Below are positions 1 to 7,811 of a stretch of DNA of 32,000 bases, piece after piece. The translations under genes and the position numbers were made by a program. Location: positions 60,001 through 92,000 of the forward strand of contig NZ_BCZP01000006.1 of assembly GCF_001598795.1 (NCBI RefSeq), written 5' to 3'. The notes below the pieces were generated by a model. That model was given only the letters and a program-made list of their open reading frames with translations. It did not search any database and had not been told where the DNA came from. The stretch comes from Delftia acidovorans NBRC 14950. GTDB taxonomy: Bacteria; Pseudomonadota; Gammaproteobacteria; Burkholderiales; Burkholderiaceae_C. How positions within the stretch are numbered: the stretch's first letter is position 1; every line of letters begins with the position of its first letter.

Positions 1-918
1 ACCGCCGCCCTGGCCCAGGACGGCTTCCCCAGCAAGCCCATCACCATCCTCGTGCCCTTCGCCGCTGGCGGCACCACCGACATCCTGGCGCGCATCGTCG
101 CCCAGGCGCTGCAGCAGGAACTGGGCCAGACCGTGATCGTGGACAACAAGCCCGGCGCTGGCGGCAACATCGGCGCCGTGGCCGCCGCGCGTGCACCGGC
201 CGACGGCTACACGCTGTTCATGGGCACCGTGGGCACGCATGCCATCAATGCCGCGCTCTACGCCAAGCCCGGCTTCGACCCCATCAAGGACTTCTCGCCC
301 CTGACGCGCGTGGCCAACGTGCCCAACCTGCTGGTGGCCCACCCCAGCCAGCCGTTCAAGACCGTCAAGGAAATGATCGCCTACGCGCGCGCCAATCCCG
401 GCAAGCTGAACTACGGCTCCTCGGGCAGCGGCAGCTCCATCCACCTGTCGGGCGAGCTGTTCCGCTCCATGACGGGCCTGGACATGGTGCACGTGCCCTA
501 CAAGGGCAGCGCCCCGGCCATCACCGACCTGCTGGGCAACCAGATCGCCATCATGTTCGACAACATGCCCTCGGCCATCCAGCACGTGCGCTCGGGCAAG
601 CTGCGTCCCATCGCCGTGACCACGGCCAAGCGCTCGCCCGAACTGCCCGATGTGCCCACCGTGGCCGAAGCCGGCGTGCCCGGCTACGAGGCCACTTCGT
701 GGTTCGGCCTGTGGACCCAGGCCAAGACACCCGCTGCCGTGCAGCAGCGCCTGTACACGGCCATTGCCAAGGTGCTCAAGGACCCGGCCGTGGTCAAGAA
801 GATCAACGACCAGGGCGGCGATGTCGTGATCGACACGCCGGCCGAGTTCCTCACCTATATCAAGGCCGAGTCCGCCAAGTGGAGCAAGGTCGTCAAGGAC
901 TCCGGGGCGCAAGTCTGA
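1..918 (+). CDS. Bug-family (TctC-like) tripartite tricarboxylate transporter substrate-binding protein, 5'-truncated by the window edge
   Basis: Frame 1 is open from base 1 to TGA 916-918, and the listed ATG at 52 is internal. Motifs are typical of Bug/TctC periplasmic binding proteins: FAAGGTTD, VDNKPGAGGNIG, NYGSSGSGSSIHL, AEFLTYIKAESAKW. Confidence 0.85.
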   Translation, partial: TAALAQDGFPSKPITILVPFAAGGTTDILARIVAQALQQELGQTVIVDNKPGAGGNIGAVAAARAPADGYTLFMGTVGTHAINAALYAKPGFDPIKDFSPLTRVANVPNLLVAHPSQPFKTVKEMIAYARANPGKLNYGSSGSGSSIHLSGELFRSMTGLDMVHVPYKGSAPAITDLLGNQIAIMFDNMPSAIQHVRSGKLRPIAVTTAKRSPELPDVPTVAEAGVPGYEATSWFGLWTQAKTPAAVQQRLYTAIAKVLKDPAVVKKINDQGGDVVIDTPAEFLTYIKAESAKWSKVVKDSGAQV

Positions 919-933
919 CCTTCGTTTCCGTAT

Positions 934-962
934 AAAAGAGCTGCTGCGTGCAGCTCTTTTTC
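934..962. terminator. Rho-independent terminator, bidirectional in shape, between convergent genes
   Basis: AAA-AGAGCTGC (937-944), loop TGCGT, GCAGCTCT (950-957), then TTTTT (958-961+). This is a perfect 8-bp GC-rich stem flanked by an A-run and a T-run, 16 nt after the Bug stop. Confidence 0.8.
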
Positions 963-1140
963 ATTGGAGCACCGACCTATTGCTAAGCACCGCCCACATC
1001 GCACGAACGAGCGCGGCCCAACTCAGGGGCACCGAGGAAGGGCCTACGCCGGCCGCGCCGCCCCGCACCGAGGGTGTCGTCCCCCTTCAGGGGCGCCGTG
1101 CAACGGGGAAAGGCGCGAAGCGACTCAGGGGGTAATCATT

Positions 1141-1938
1141 TCAATCCAGCAGATCGGAGTAGTCACCCTTGTCGTAGCCTTCGATGGCCTTCCAGGGCTG
1201 GGCCAGCGGGGCGGGCAGCTTGCTGGCGGTGACCACGATGCGCTCGGTGCCGTGGGAGTCGCTGCGCTCCACGCGGCGGGCGAACTGGTTGGCCACGTCC
1301 CAGTCGATGACGGTGGTTTGTTCGCCTGCCGTGCCGCGGTAGCGCTGCACGCCGTTGTGCGGCTTGCCCACGCGTTCCATGCCTTGCAGCGCGGTGGGCG
1401 GCACGATCCAGTAGACGTTGTCGAAGGAGCCGCCGTAGCCGACGTTGCCGTGGTGAGCCAGGTCCACGCTGATGACGCGGCGCAGCTTGGCCAGGATGAC
1501 TTCCACGCCCACCTTGCCGTCATCGGCGCGGCGGATGGACAGGGGTGCGGCGCGGGCCTCGTCATGGGCGTGGCCGGCGTGCGGGCCGTGGGCATGGTCG
1601 TGGCCGTGGTCCTGGCTCTGGCGCAGGGCGGCGGGCATTTCGCGCTCTATCCACAGCTGGGCCTTGCGGCGGTAGACACGGTTGGTATAGACGCTGCTGC
1701 GCTGCACGCCATCGCTGCCCACGCTCATGGCTTCGTAGGTGATGCGCAGGTCGGCCTCGGGCGTGGCCTGCACGGCGGCCGTGGTGCGCGCCACGGAATC
1801 AGCAGGGACTGCGGCCGTGGGTACGGGTGCCGCCGCCTTGGCCGGCTCGGCGGCCCATGCTGCGGAGACGGAACAGGCCAGCAGCGCGGCCGCGTAGATG
1901 TGGCGCGCCGCGCGCGGCGCCGGAAGGGAAAGCGTCAT
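1141..1938 (-). CDS. Secreted hypothetical protein with a histidine-rich loop; family not recognised
   Basis: I chose ATG 1938 because it gives a signal peptide (MTLSLPAPRAARHIYAAALLACSVSAAWA/AEP). The ORF-track start at 2010 would add 24 non-signal residues and would run through a terminator hairpin. The DHGHDHAHGPHAGHAHDE stretch is encoded at 1558-1611. Codon usage is typical of the flanking genes. Confidence 0.6.
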   Translation of the reverse strand: MTLSLPAPRAARHIYAAALLACSVSAAWAAEPAKAAAPVPTAAVPADSVARTTAAVQATPEADLRITYEAMSVGSDGVQRSSVYTNRVYRRKAQLWIEREMPAALRQSQDHGHDHAHGPHAGHAHDEARAAPLSIRRADDGKVGVEVILAKLRRVISVDLAHHGNVGYGGSFDNVYWIVPPTALQGMERVGKPHNGVQRYRGTAGEQTTVIDWDVANQFARRVERSDSHGTERIVVTASKLPAPLAQPWKAIEGYDKGDYSDLLD

Positions 1939-1955
1939 GGAATCCAGCCAATGCG

Positions 1956-1996
1956 AAAAAACCGGGGCCGGGCACACGCATGTGCCACGGCTCCGG
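1956..1996 (-). terminator. Intrinsic-terminator-like hairpin plus T6 between the distal alkaline phosphatase and the His-rich protein gene
   Basis: The stem spans 1962-1996: CCGG-G-GCCG-GGCACA, loop CGCA, TGTGCC-A-CGGC-T-CCGG. It has 14 Watson-Crick pairs, one bulge and one mismatch. On the minus strand it is followed directly by TTTTTT (plus-strand A-run 1956-1961). Confidence 0.5.
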
Positions 1997-2033
1997 CCAG
2001 GGGTTGGCAAGCAGCCAACGAAGGAAGAAACAA

Positions 2034-3551
2034 TTACAGGCCAGCGGCTTCGCGGACCTTGGAGAACACCTTGGTGTTGTCCATCGTGCCCTTGAAGATC
2101 TTGGCGCCCGCGCCGCCGGCGAACAGCATCACGTCGCCGCCGCCATGGGTCTCGGAGCCCGGCGTGCCCAGGTTCAGGCCGACTTCCTGCAGGTAGTTGT
2201 CGTCCGTGGTGTCCACGGCCGTCACGTCGTCGCGCGAGGCGCCGCGCGTGGGAGCGATCCAGGGCTTGTTGCCATCTTCGGCATTGACCTGGCTGGAGGC
2301 CGTGGCGTTGGGACGTCCGCCATTGCCGAAGGCCAGCGTGGTGTAGGGCTTGCCGTCCTGGGCCTTGGCCATCTGGCCGGTCTGGTAGTCCTGCACCTTG
2401 CCCAGGATCGGGTTGCCGATCTTGGAGTAGCCGTTGAACACCATGTTGTGGTCGTGATCGGCCGTGACGACGATCAGCGTGTTCTTCAGGCCCGGGTCCT
2501 TCTTTTCCATGTAGGCCATGGCGGTCTCGATGGCGCGGTCGAAGGCCAGCGTGTCTTCCAGCGCGCGCTTGGCATTGGTGCCGTGCAGTGCGTGGTCGAT
2601 GCGTCCGCCTTCCACCATCAGGAAGAAGCCCTTGTCATTGCGGCTGAGCACGTCCAGCGCCTTGCCGGTCATGTCGGCCAGGCTGGGCTCGTCCAGCTTT
2701 TGCTTGACACGGTCCAGCTCGTAGGCCATTTCGCTTTGCGTGAACAGGCCCAGCAGCTTGGGGGCCTTGGTCGCGTCCAGAGCCGACAGCTCGCTGCCCT
2801 TGGCGACATAGGCGTAGCCCTTGGCCTTCATCATGTCCACGAGGTTGGCCGTGTCCGTGCGCTTGCTGCTGGGGTTGACCGACTTGGGCAGGTAGTTGCG
2901 CTGGCCGCCGCCCATGAGCACGTCGATGCCGTCGCCCAGCCTGGCGTTGTAGTTGGCATGGCCGGGCACGGACTGCTCGGCAATGCTGTTGTAGCCATTG
3001 CGGTTGCAGATGTGGGCGTAGGTGGCCGCAGGCGTCGCATGGCCCACGCGCGTGGTGGAGATGGCGCCCACGGCACGGCCCTTGGCCTTGGACAACTCCA
3101 GCAGGGTCTGCGCGGGCTGGCCGTTGCCGGCCGGGCAGGTGGTGTCCTCGCCGTTGATGTATTGCTGGCCGTTGGCCGCGTAGGCCATGGTCTCGGCCGA
3201 CATGGAGATGACTTCGTTGTTCATCTTCACGCCGGTCATGTAGGCCGCCATCGAAGGCGCGCTGTCCGTGGTCTGGCCATCGCGCGAGAAGGTCTTGACG
3301 CGGCTGGCGTAAGGCAGGGACTGCATGGTCAGCGTGGCGCGCTCGCTGCTGGTCAGTGCCGTGGGATTGGCAGCCAGCTGCTTCTCACCCTTGTAGATGC
3401 GCGCGGCGGTCACGGTGACCGGACCCATGCCGTCGCCGAGGAAGAAGATGACGTTCTTGGCCTCGCCAGCCGCATGGGCGGCAGGTGCCAGCAGCGCCAG
3501 CGCGCCGGCCGCAGCCAGGGCGAGGGAGGTCTTTTGGAGGATCGGATGCAT
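2034..3551 (-). CDS. Alkaline phosphatase (PhoA/mammalian-type family), periplasmic soluble paralog
   Basis: Start ATG 3551 follows an AAGGAA SD. Signal peptide ends LLAPAAHA/AGE. Active-site and metal-site motifs are present: FFLGDGMG, TDSAPSMAAYMTGVK (catalytic Ser), FFLMVEGGRIDHALH, VVTADHDH, SETHGG. Confidence 0.9.
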   Translation of the reverse strand: MHPILQKTSLALAAAGALALLAPAAHAAGEAKNVIFFLGDGMGPVTVTAARIYKGEKQLAANPTALTSSERATLTMQSLPYASRVKTFSRDGQTTDSAPSMAAYMTGVKMNNEVISMSAETMAYAANGQQYINGEDTTCPAGNGQPAQTLLELSKAKGRAVGAISTTRVGHATPAATYAHICNRNGYNSIAEQSVPGHANYNARLGDGIDVLMGGGQRNYLPKSVNPSSKRTDTANLVDMMKAKGYAYVAKGSELSALDATKAPKLLGLFTQSEMAYELDRVKQKLDEPSLADMTGKALDVLSRNDKGFFLMVEGGRIDHALHGTNAKRALEDTLAFDRAIETAMAYMEKKDPGLKNTLIVVTADHDHNMVFNGYSKIGNPILGKVQDYQTGQMAKAQDGKPYTTLAFGNGGRPNATASSQVNAEDGNKPWIAPTRGASRDDVTAVDTTDDNYLQEVGLNLGTPGSETHGGGDVMLFAGGAGAKIFKGTMDNTKVFSKVREAAGL

Positions 3552-3589
3552 GTGGAATTCCTTGAGTGCCTTGAATGCAGCGTGCGGCA

Positions 3590-5002
3590 TCACAAGCCGA
3601 TGCTCTTCTTGATCAGGTTGAACACGGCCGTGTTGTCGATCACGCCCGAGAACGTATCGGCACCCATGCCTTGCGCGCCCAGGAACACGTCGCCGCCGCC
3701 GTGGGTTTCGGAGGCCAGGGGCACCACGGCCTCCTGCAGGTAGTCGGGGCTTTCCAGCGAGGCAGCGTCGATGGGACCCCGCGTGGCCAAGCGCTTGGGA
3801 CCGTTGCCGAAGCCCAGGATGGTGTAGGGATTGCCGTCCACATCGGTGGAGGCCTTGCCGTCCACGTAGTTCTTGACCAGGCCCAGCACGCCGGGCTTGC
3901 CGGCCTCGGTCTTGCCGGTGCGCGCGGCATAGCCGTTCAGGTGCAGCGTGTGGTCATGGTCGGCGGTGACGACGATCAGCGTGTTCTTCAGGCCCGGATC
4001 GAGCTTGGCCATCTTGTCCAGCGCGGTCTGGATGGCGTTGTCGAAGGCCACGGTGTCCTGCAGCGCGCGGCGCGCGTTGGTGGCGTGCAGCGCATGGTCG
4101 ATGCGGCCGCCTTCCACCATCAGGAAGAAGCCCTTCTTCTTGGCCGACAGCGCGTCGATGGCCTTGCCCGTCATCTCGGCCAGGCTCGGTTCCTTGGTCG
4201 CATCGCGGTCCAGGTCATAGGCCATGTGGTCCTTGGTGAACAGGCCGGCGATCTTGCTGCCGTCCACGGGCAGCTTGTCGAACTCGCTCTTGTTGGCGGC
4301 GTAGCTGTACTTCTGCGTCTTGAACTCGGCGATCAGGTTGCGGCTGTCGTTGCGGCGGCCGCCGTCGGCCTTGGGCGTGAAGTAGTAGGAGCCGCCACCC
4401 AGGATCACGTCCACGCCGTCACCGAGCTTGCTGTTGTAGCCGGAGCCGCCGGGCACCAGGGCCGCGGCAATGGTGTTCTCCGCATCGCGGTGGCAGACGT
4501 GCGAATAGGTGGTTGCCGGCGTGGCATGCGTGATGCGCGCGGTGGAGACCACGCCCGTGCCGTAGCCGGCGGACTTCATCTGCTCGAGCAGCGTGGGAAC
4601 GGCCTGGCCGTTGCCGCTGGGGCAGGTGCTGTCGTAGTTGGTGTGATAGGCCTTGCCCGCAGCGTCCGTGGCCTTGGTGTCGGGCGTCATGGAGATGACT
4701 TCGTTGTTCATCTTCACGCCGGTCATGTAGGCGGCCATCGAGGGCGCGCTGTCCGTCACCTGGGCGTCGTTCGAGAAGGTGTGGACAAAGGCCGTCTCGG
4801 GCAGCTTGTCCATGGTCAGCTCACCGTCTTCGCCCACGCTGTAGATGCGTGCGGCGGTCATGGTGGTGATGCCCATGCCATCGCCCAGGAAGAACAGCAC
4901 GTTCTTGGTCGGAGCGGCTGCGGACGAACCGTCGCTGCCGCCACAGGCGCTCAACAGCAGCGAGGCACCAGCCAGCGCGCTGCACAACATCTTCAATTTC
5001 AT
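3590..5002 (-). CDS. Alkaline phosphatase (PhoA family), lipoprotein paralog
   Basis: Start ATG 5002 follows an AGAGGGA SD. MKLKMLCSALAGASLLLSAC gives a lipobox (LLSAC). It carries the same catalytic motifs as the neighbour: FFLGDGMG, TDSAPSMAAYMTGVK, FFLMVEGGRIDHALH, VVTADHDH, SETHGGGD. The remainder of the 814-aa ORF upstream of 5002 is antisense to the MBL gene and was rejected. Confidence 0.9.
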   Translation of the reverse strand: MKLKMLCSALAGASLLLSACGGSDGSSAAAPTKNVLFFLGDGMGITTMTAARIYSVGEDGELTMDKLPETAFVHTFSNDAQVTDSAPSMAAYMTGVKMNNEVISMTPDTKATDAAGKAYHTNYDSTCPSGNGQAVPTLLEQMKSAGYGTGVVSTARITHATPATTYSHVCHRDAENTIAAALVPGGSGYNSKLGDGVDVILGGGSYYFTPKADGGRRNDSRNLIAEFKTQKYSYAANKSEFDKLPVDGSKIAGLFTKDHMAYDLDRDATKEPSLAEMTGKAIDALSAKKKGFFLMVEGGRIDHALHATNARRALQDTVAFDNAIQTALDKMAKLDPGLKNTLIVVTADHDHTLHLNGYAARTGKTEAGKPGVLGLVKNYVDGKASTDVDGNPYTILGFGNGPKRLATRGPIDAASLESPDYLQEAVVPLASETHGGGDVFLGAQGMGADTFSGVIDNTAVFNLIKKSIGL

Positions 5003-5072
5003 GCGGATATCCCTCTGTAGGCAGGGGACCCCGCAGCACGGCCGCGCCCTCCCCCTGTTGATTGACCCGTGC

Positions 5073-5106
5073 ACTGTAGGAGCGACCTGTGACGAGCCCG
5101 TGACAG
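5073..5106 (-). promoter_or_regulatory. Pho-box-like PhoB site plus -10 hexamer for the alkaline phosphatase operon
   Basis: The minus strand reads CTGTCAC-GGGC-TCGTCAC-(10 nt)-TACAGT. Two 7-bp direct repeats at 11-bp periodicity match the E. coli Pho box core CTGTCAT-N4-CTGTCAY. The site sits 10 bp upstream of a -10-like hexamer, about 65-105 nt upstream of ATG 5002. Confidence 0.5.
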
Positions 5107-5194
5107 CAAGGCAGCAGCGGCAGGCGTATCGTTGCGGGGATGCGCTGCCAGCCGGGGAGCCCCCGGCCACCCCCGCGACTGAACAAGGAACCCC

Positions 5195-6292
5195 ATGGAC
5201 CAGAAAGCCCAAGCCCCGAACGCCTCGCACGCCACGGATGCGCCGCCCAAGCCGGTGCTCGACTACCCGTTCGAGGCGCCACCGCAGCGCGGGCAGACGC
5301 TGGAGGTCGCACCCGGCGTGCTCTGGATACGCATGCCCCTGCCCTATGCGCTGGATCACATCAATCTCTGGGCCATCGATGACGGCGAGGGCTGGGCCAT
5401 CGTCGATACCGGTGCGCGCACCGACGAAGGCGTGGCCACCTGGCGCGCGCTGTTCTCCCAATCCACCGATGGCCGCTCGCTGACGCGCGTGCTGGTCACC
5501 CACATGCACCCCGACCATGTGGGCCTGGCCGGCTGGCTGACGCGCAAGTTCCATGTGCCGCTGTACATGACGCGCCTGGAATATCTGAACTGCCGCGTCG
5601 TGGTCTCGGACTGCAGCCGCGAGGCGCCGCCCGACGCCATCGCCTTCTACCGCCGCGCAGGCTGGAGCGACAGCGCGCTGGAGTCCTACCGCGCCCGCTT
5701 CGGCAACTTCGGCAAGCACATCCACGCCCTGCCCGACAGCTACCGCCGCCTGCACGACGGCGAGGAACTGCGCATAGGAAAGCACCTGTGGCGCGTGGTG
5801 GTCGGCAGCGGCCACTCGCCCGAGCACGCCAGCCTCTACTGCCCCGATCTCAAGCTGCTGATCTCGGGCGACCAGGTGCTGCCGCGCATCTCGTCCAACG
5901 TCTCGGTCCATGCCATGGAGCCCGACGCCAACCCCATGGCCGACTGGATGGATTCTCTGGAAAAGGTCAGGCGCGAAGTGCCCGACGATGTGCTCGTCCT
6001 GCCCGCGCATGGCGATTGCTTTCGCGGACTGCATGCACGGATCGATTCACTGGCCGCAGGCCAGGAACGCGCCAACGCCCGCTTGCTGGCCGCACTGGCC
6101 GAACCGCGTCGCGCCGTCGATGTCTTCGGCGCCCTGTTCTCACGCCCGATCAGCGAATCCAGCCCCGCCCTGCTGGGCATGGCCACGGGCGAAAGCCTGG
6201 CCTGCCTCAACCACCTGATGCATGCAGGGCAGGTGGAGCGCAGCATCGATGCCGATGGCATCGCCTGGTACCACGCCGTGGCGGGGGCCTGA
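5195..6292 (+). CDS. MBL-fold metallo-hydrolase (GloB-like superfamily), substrate unknown
   Basis: An AAGGAA SD lies 5 nt before ATG 5195. It has the HxHxDH motif (THMHPDHVG), a downstream GSGHSPEH, and LPAHGD. Confidence 0.85.
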   Translation: MDQKAQAPNASHATDAPPKPVLDYPFEAPPQRGQTLEVAPGVLWIRMPLPYALDHINLWAIDDGEGWAIVDTGARTDEGVATWRALFSQSTDGRSLTRVLVTHMHPDHVGLAGWLTRKFHVPLYMTRLEYLNCRVVVSDCSREAPPDAIAFYRRAGWSDSALESYRARFGNFGKHIHALPDSYRRLHDGEELRIGKHLWRVVVGSGHSPEHASLYCPDLKLLISGDQVLPRISSNVSVHAMEPDANPMADWMDSLEKVRREVPDDVLVLPAHGDCFRGLHARIDSLAAGQERANARLLAALAEPRRAVDVFGALFSRPISESSPALLGMATGESLACLNHLMHAGQVERSIDADGIAWYHAVAGA

Positions 6293-6294
6293 GA

Positions 6295-6330
6295 CTGCTG
6301 CAGGCAGCCGGCTCAGGCTGCCTGCAGCAG
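6295..6330. terminator. Perfect 15-bp inverted repeat hairpin between and overlapping convergent gene ends
   Basis: CTGCTGCAGGCAGCC (6295-6309), loop GGCTCA, GGCTGCCTGCAGCAG (6316-6330). There is no U-run on either strand. The right arm encodes the last five codons (LLQAA) of the methyltransferase. Confidence 0.55.
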
Positions 6331-7194
6331 CGGATAGCGCTGTGCCATCGCATCCTGCAGGCCGAACTCCGCCAGGATGGCGCGCATGCGCTCGACCGCA
6401 CTGCGCTTTTTCTGCCCCGTGTAACGCGCAATGATCAGCTCGTTCTTCATGCTGTGCTCCCAGCCCACCAGCTCGGTCACGGTGACCTGGTAGCCGCAGG
6501 CTTCCAGGTACAGGCAGCGCAGCACATTGGTGAGCTGGCTGCCCATTTCGCGCGTGTGTATGGGATGGCGCCACAGTTCTGCCAGCGGCGTGCGCGTCAG
6601 GCTCAGCGCCTTGGTCTGGCGCAGGCAGGCAGCGACCTCGGCCTGGCAGCAGGGCACCAGCACCATGGCCTTGGCCTTTTTCTCCAGGCCGAAGGCGATG
6701 GCATCGTCGGTGGCGGTGTCGCAGGCGTGCAGGGCCGTGACCACGTCGAATTGCGCAGGCATGAAGTCGGCATGCGTGGATTCGGCCACCGACATGTTCA
6801 GGAAGCCCATGCGCTCGAAGCCCAGCTCGGCAGCCAGCTTCTGCGAAGCGTCCACCAGCGGCGCGCGCGTTTCTATGCCGTAGATGTGGCCGCGCCCCAG
6901 CGGCTTGAAATACAGGTCGTAGAGGATGAAGCCCAGATAGGACTTGCCGGCGCCGTGGTCGGCCAGGGTGACTGCATGGTCGTCGGCCGACAGTTCTTCG
7001 AGGATGGGGGCGATGAACTGGTACAGGTGGTAGACCTGCTTGAGCTTGCGCCGCGAGTCCTGGTTGATCTTGCCTTCGCGCGTGAGGATGTGCAGCGCCT
7101 TGAGCAGTTCGATGGACTGGCCGGGCTTGAGGCCCAGTTGCTCGGTCACATCCTGCTCGGGTTTCGCGGCAGGCTTGCCTTGGCGCGCCTTCAT
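6313..7194 (-). CDS. Class I SAM-dependent methyltransferase (Methyltransf_32-like), target unknown
   Basis: Start ATG 7194 overlaps the upstream stop as ATGA. A glycine-rich SAM loop (LADHGAGKSYLG) and an acidic loop (ALHACDTATDDA) are present. The ORF-track 527-aa version is a fusion with out-of-frame upstream sequence. Confidence 0.8.
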   Translation of the reverse strand: MKARQGKPAAKPEQDVTEQLGLKPGQSIELLKALHILTREGKINQDSRRKLKQVYHLYQFIAPILEELSADDHAVTLADHGAGKSYLGFILYDLYFKPLGRGHIYGIETRAPLVDASQKLAAELGFERMGFLNMSVAESTHADFMPAQFDVVTALHACDTATDDAIAFGLEKKAKAMVLVPCCQAEVAACLRQTKALSLTRTPLAELWRHPIHTREMGSQLTNVLRCLYLEACGYQVTVTELVGWEHSMKNELIIARYTGQKKRSAVERMRAILAEFGLQDAMAQRYPLLQAA

Positions 7195-7811
7195 TCGGCT
7201 GCGCCCGGCTTGGCTGCATGCGCCACGGGGCAGCGCGCGCCCACGCCCATGTCCAGCCAGCCTTCGATGCCGATCTTCTCCAGCGTCTCCATGTTGCGCT
7301 CGTAGATGGACTCCGCCTCGGGGAACGCTTCGACCGCCTTGTCTATGCTGTCCTCGCGCAGCAGGTGCAGCGTGGGATAGGGCGAGCGGTTGGTGCAGTT
7401 GGTGACGTCGTCGGCTTCGGTGCCCTCGAACTGGAACTGCGGGTGGAACGAGGCCACCTGCAGGATGCCTCCCAGGTCCAGCTCCTCGACCATGGCGTCG
7501 GCCACTTCGAGGAAGTCGTTGAAATCCAGGAACTCCTGCAGCGCATGGGGCAGGATCAGCAGCGTGGTGTCGCGCTTCTCGGGCGAGGCCTCGGCCAGCG
7601 CCTCCAGCTCGCGGTGCAGGTCCGCCGCCACGCCCTCGGCGTCGGTGGCCTGGCTGACCGTGTAGTGGATCTGGCCCTTGATGTGCACGCCCTTGGCGAA
7701 GGGGCACAGGTTCAGGCCGATCACGGCCTTTTCGAGCCAGTGCACCGTATCCTCGATCACGGTGACAGGCGGAAACTCGGCCGCGCGAATCTCGTGGTTG
7801 GTATCGGTCAT
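7191..7811 (-). CDS. DUF1415-like conserved hypothetical protein
   Basis: Start ATG 7811 (MTDTNHE) follows a GAAGGG SD. The GLNLCPFAKGV motif and overall length resemble the DUF1415 family as I remember it. The stop overlaps the methyltransferase start. Confidence 0.7.
   Translation of the reverse strand: MTDTNHEIRAAEFPPVTVIEDTVHWLEKAVIGLNLCPFAKGVHIKGQIHYTVSQATDAEGVAADLHRELEALAEASPEKRDTTLLILPHALQEFLDFNDFLEVADAMVEELDLGGILQVASFHPQFQFEGTEADDVTNCTNRSPYPTLHLLREDSIDKAVEAFPEAESIYERNMETLEKIGIEGWLDMGVGARCPVAHAAKPGAAE

Noticed and set aside
3201-3269. A 69-nt stretch nearly identical (2 mismatches) to 4688..4756 in the paralogous phosphatase; other identical patches include the 32 nt around VVTADHDH. 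I considered recent gene conversion between the paralogs.
   Set aside because: The identical patches coincide with the most conserved active-site peptides. With strongly biased GC3 codon usage, identical amino acids give near-identical DNA, and the sequence between the patches is well diverged. A proper synonymous-site analysis would be needed to revive the idea.
1827-3743. 638-aa plus-strand ORF, and the similar 3575..5020 plus-strand ORF of 481 aa, opposite the alkaline phosphatase genes
   Set aside because: These are shadow ORFs of a high-GC region. They lie exactly antisense to genes with unmistakable PhoA catalytic motifs. Their translations are Ala/Gly/Arg/His/Val-rich low-information strings with no recognisable motifs, no SD and no sensible start.
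5003-6034. N-terminal 344-codon extension of the 814-aa minus-strand ORF 3590..6034
   Set aside because: The extension runs antisense through the MBL-fold gene and the Pho-box promoter. The internal ATG at 5002 has a good SD and yields a proper lipoprotein signal peptide directly followed by the phosphatase domain.
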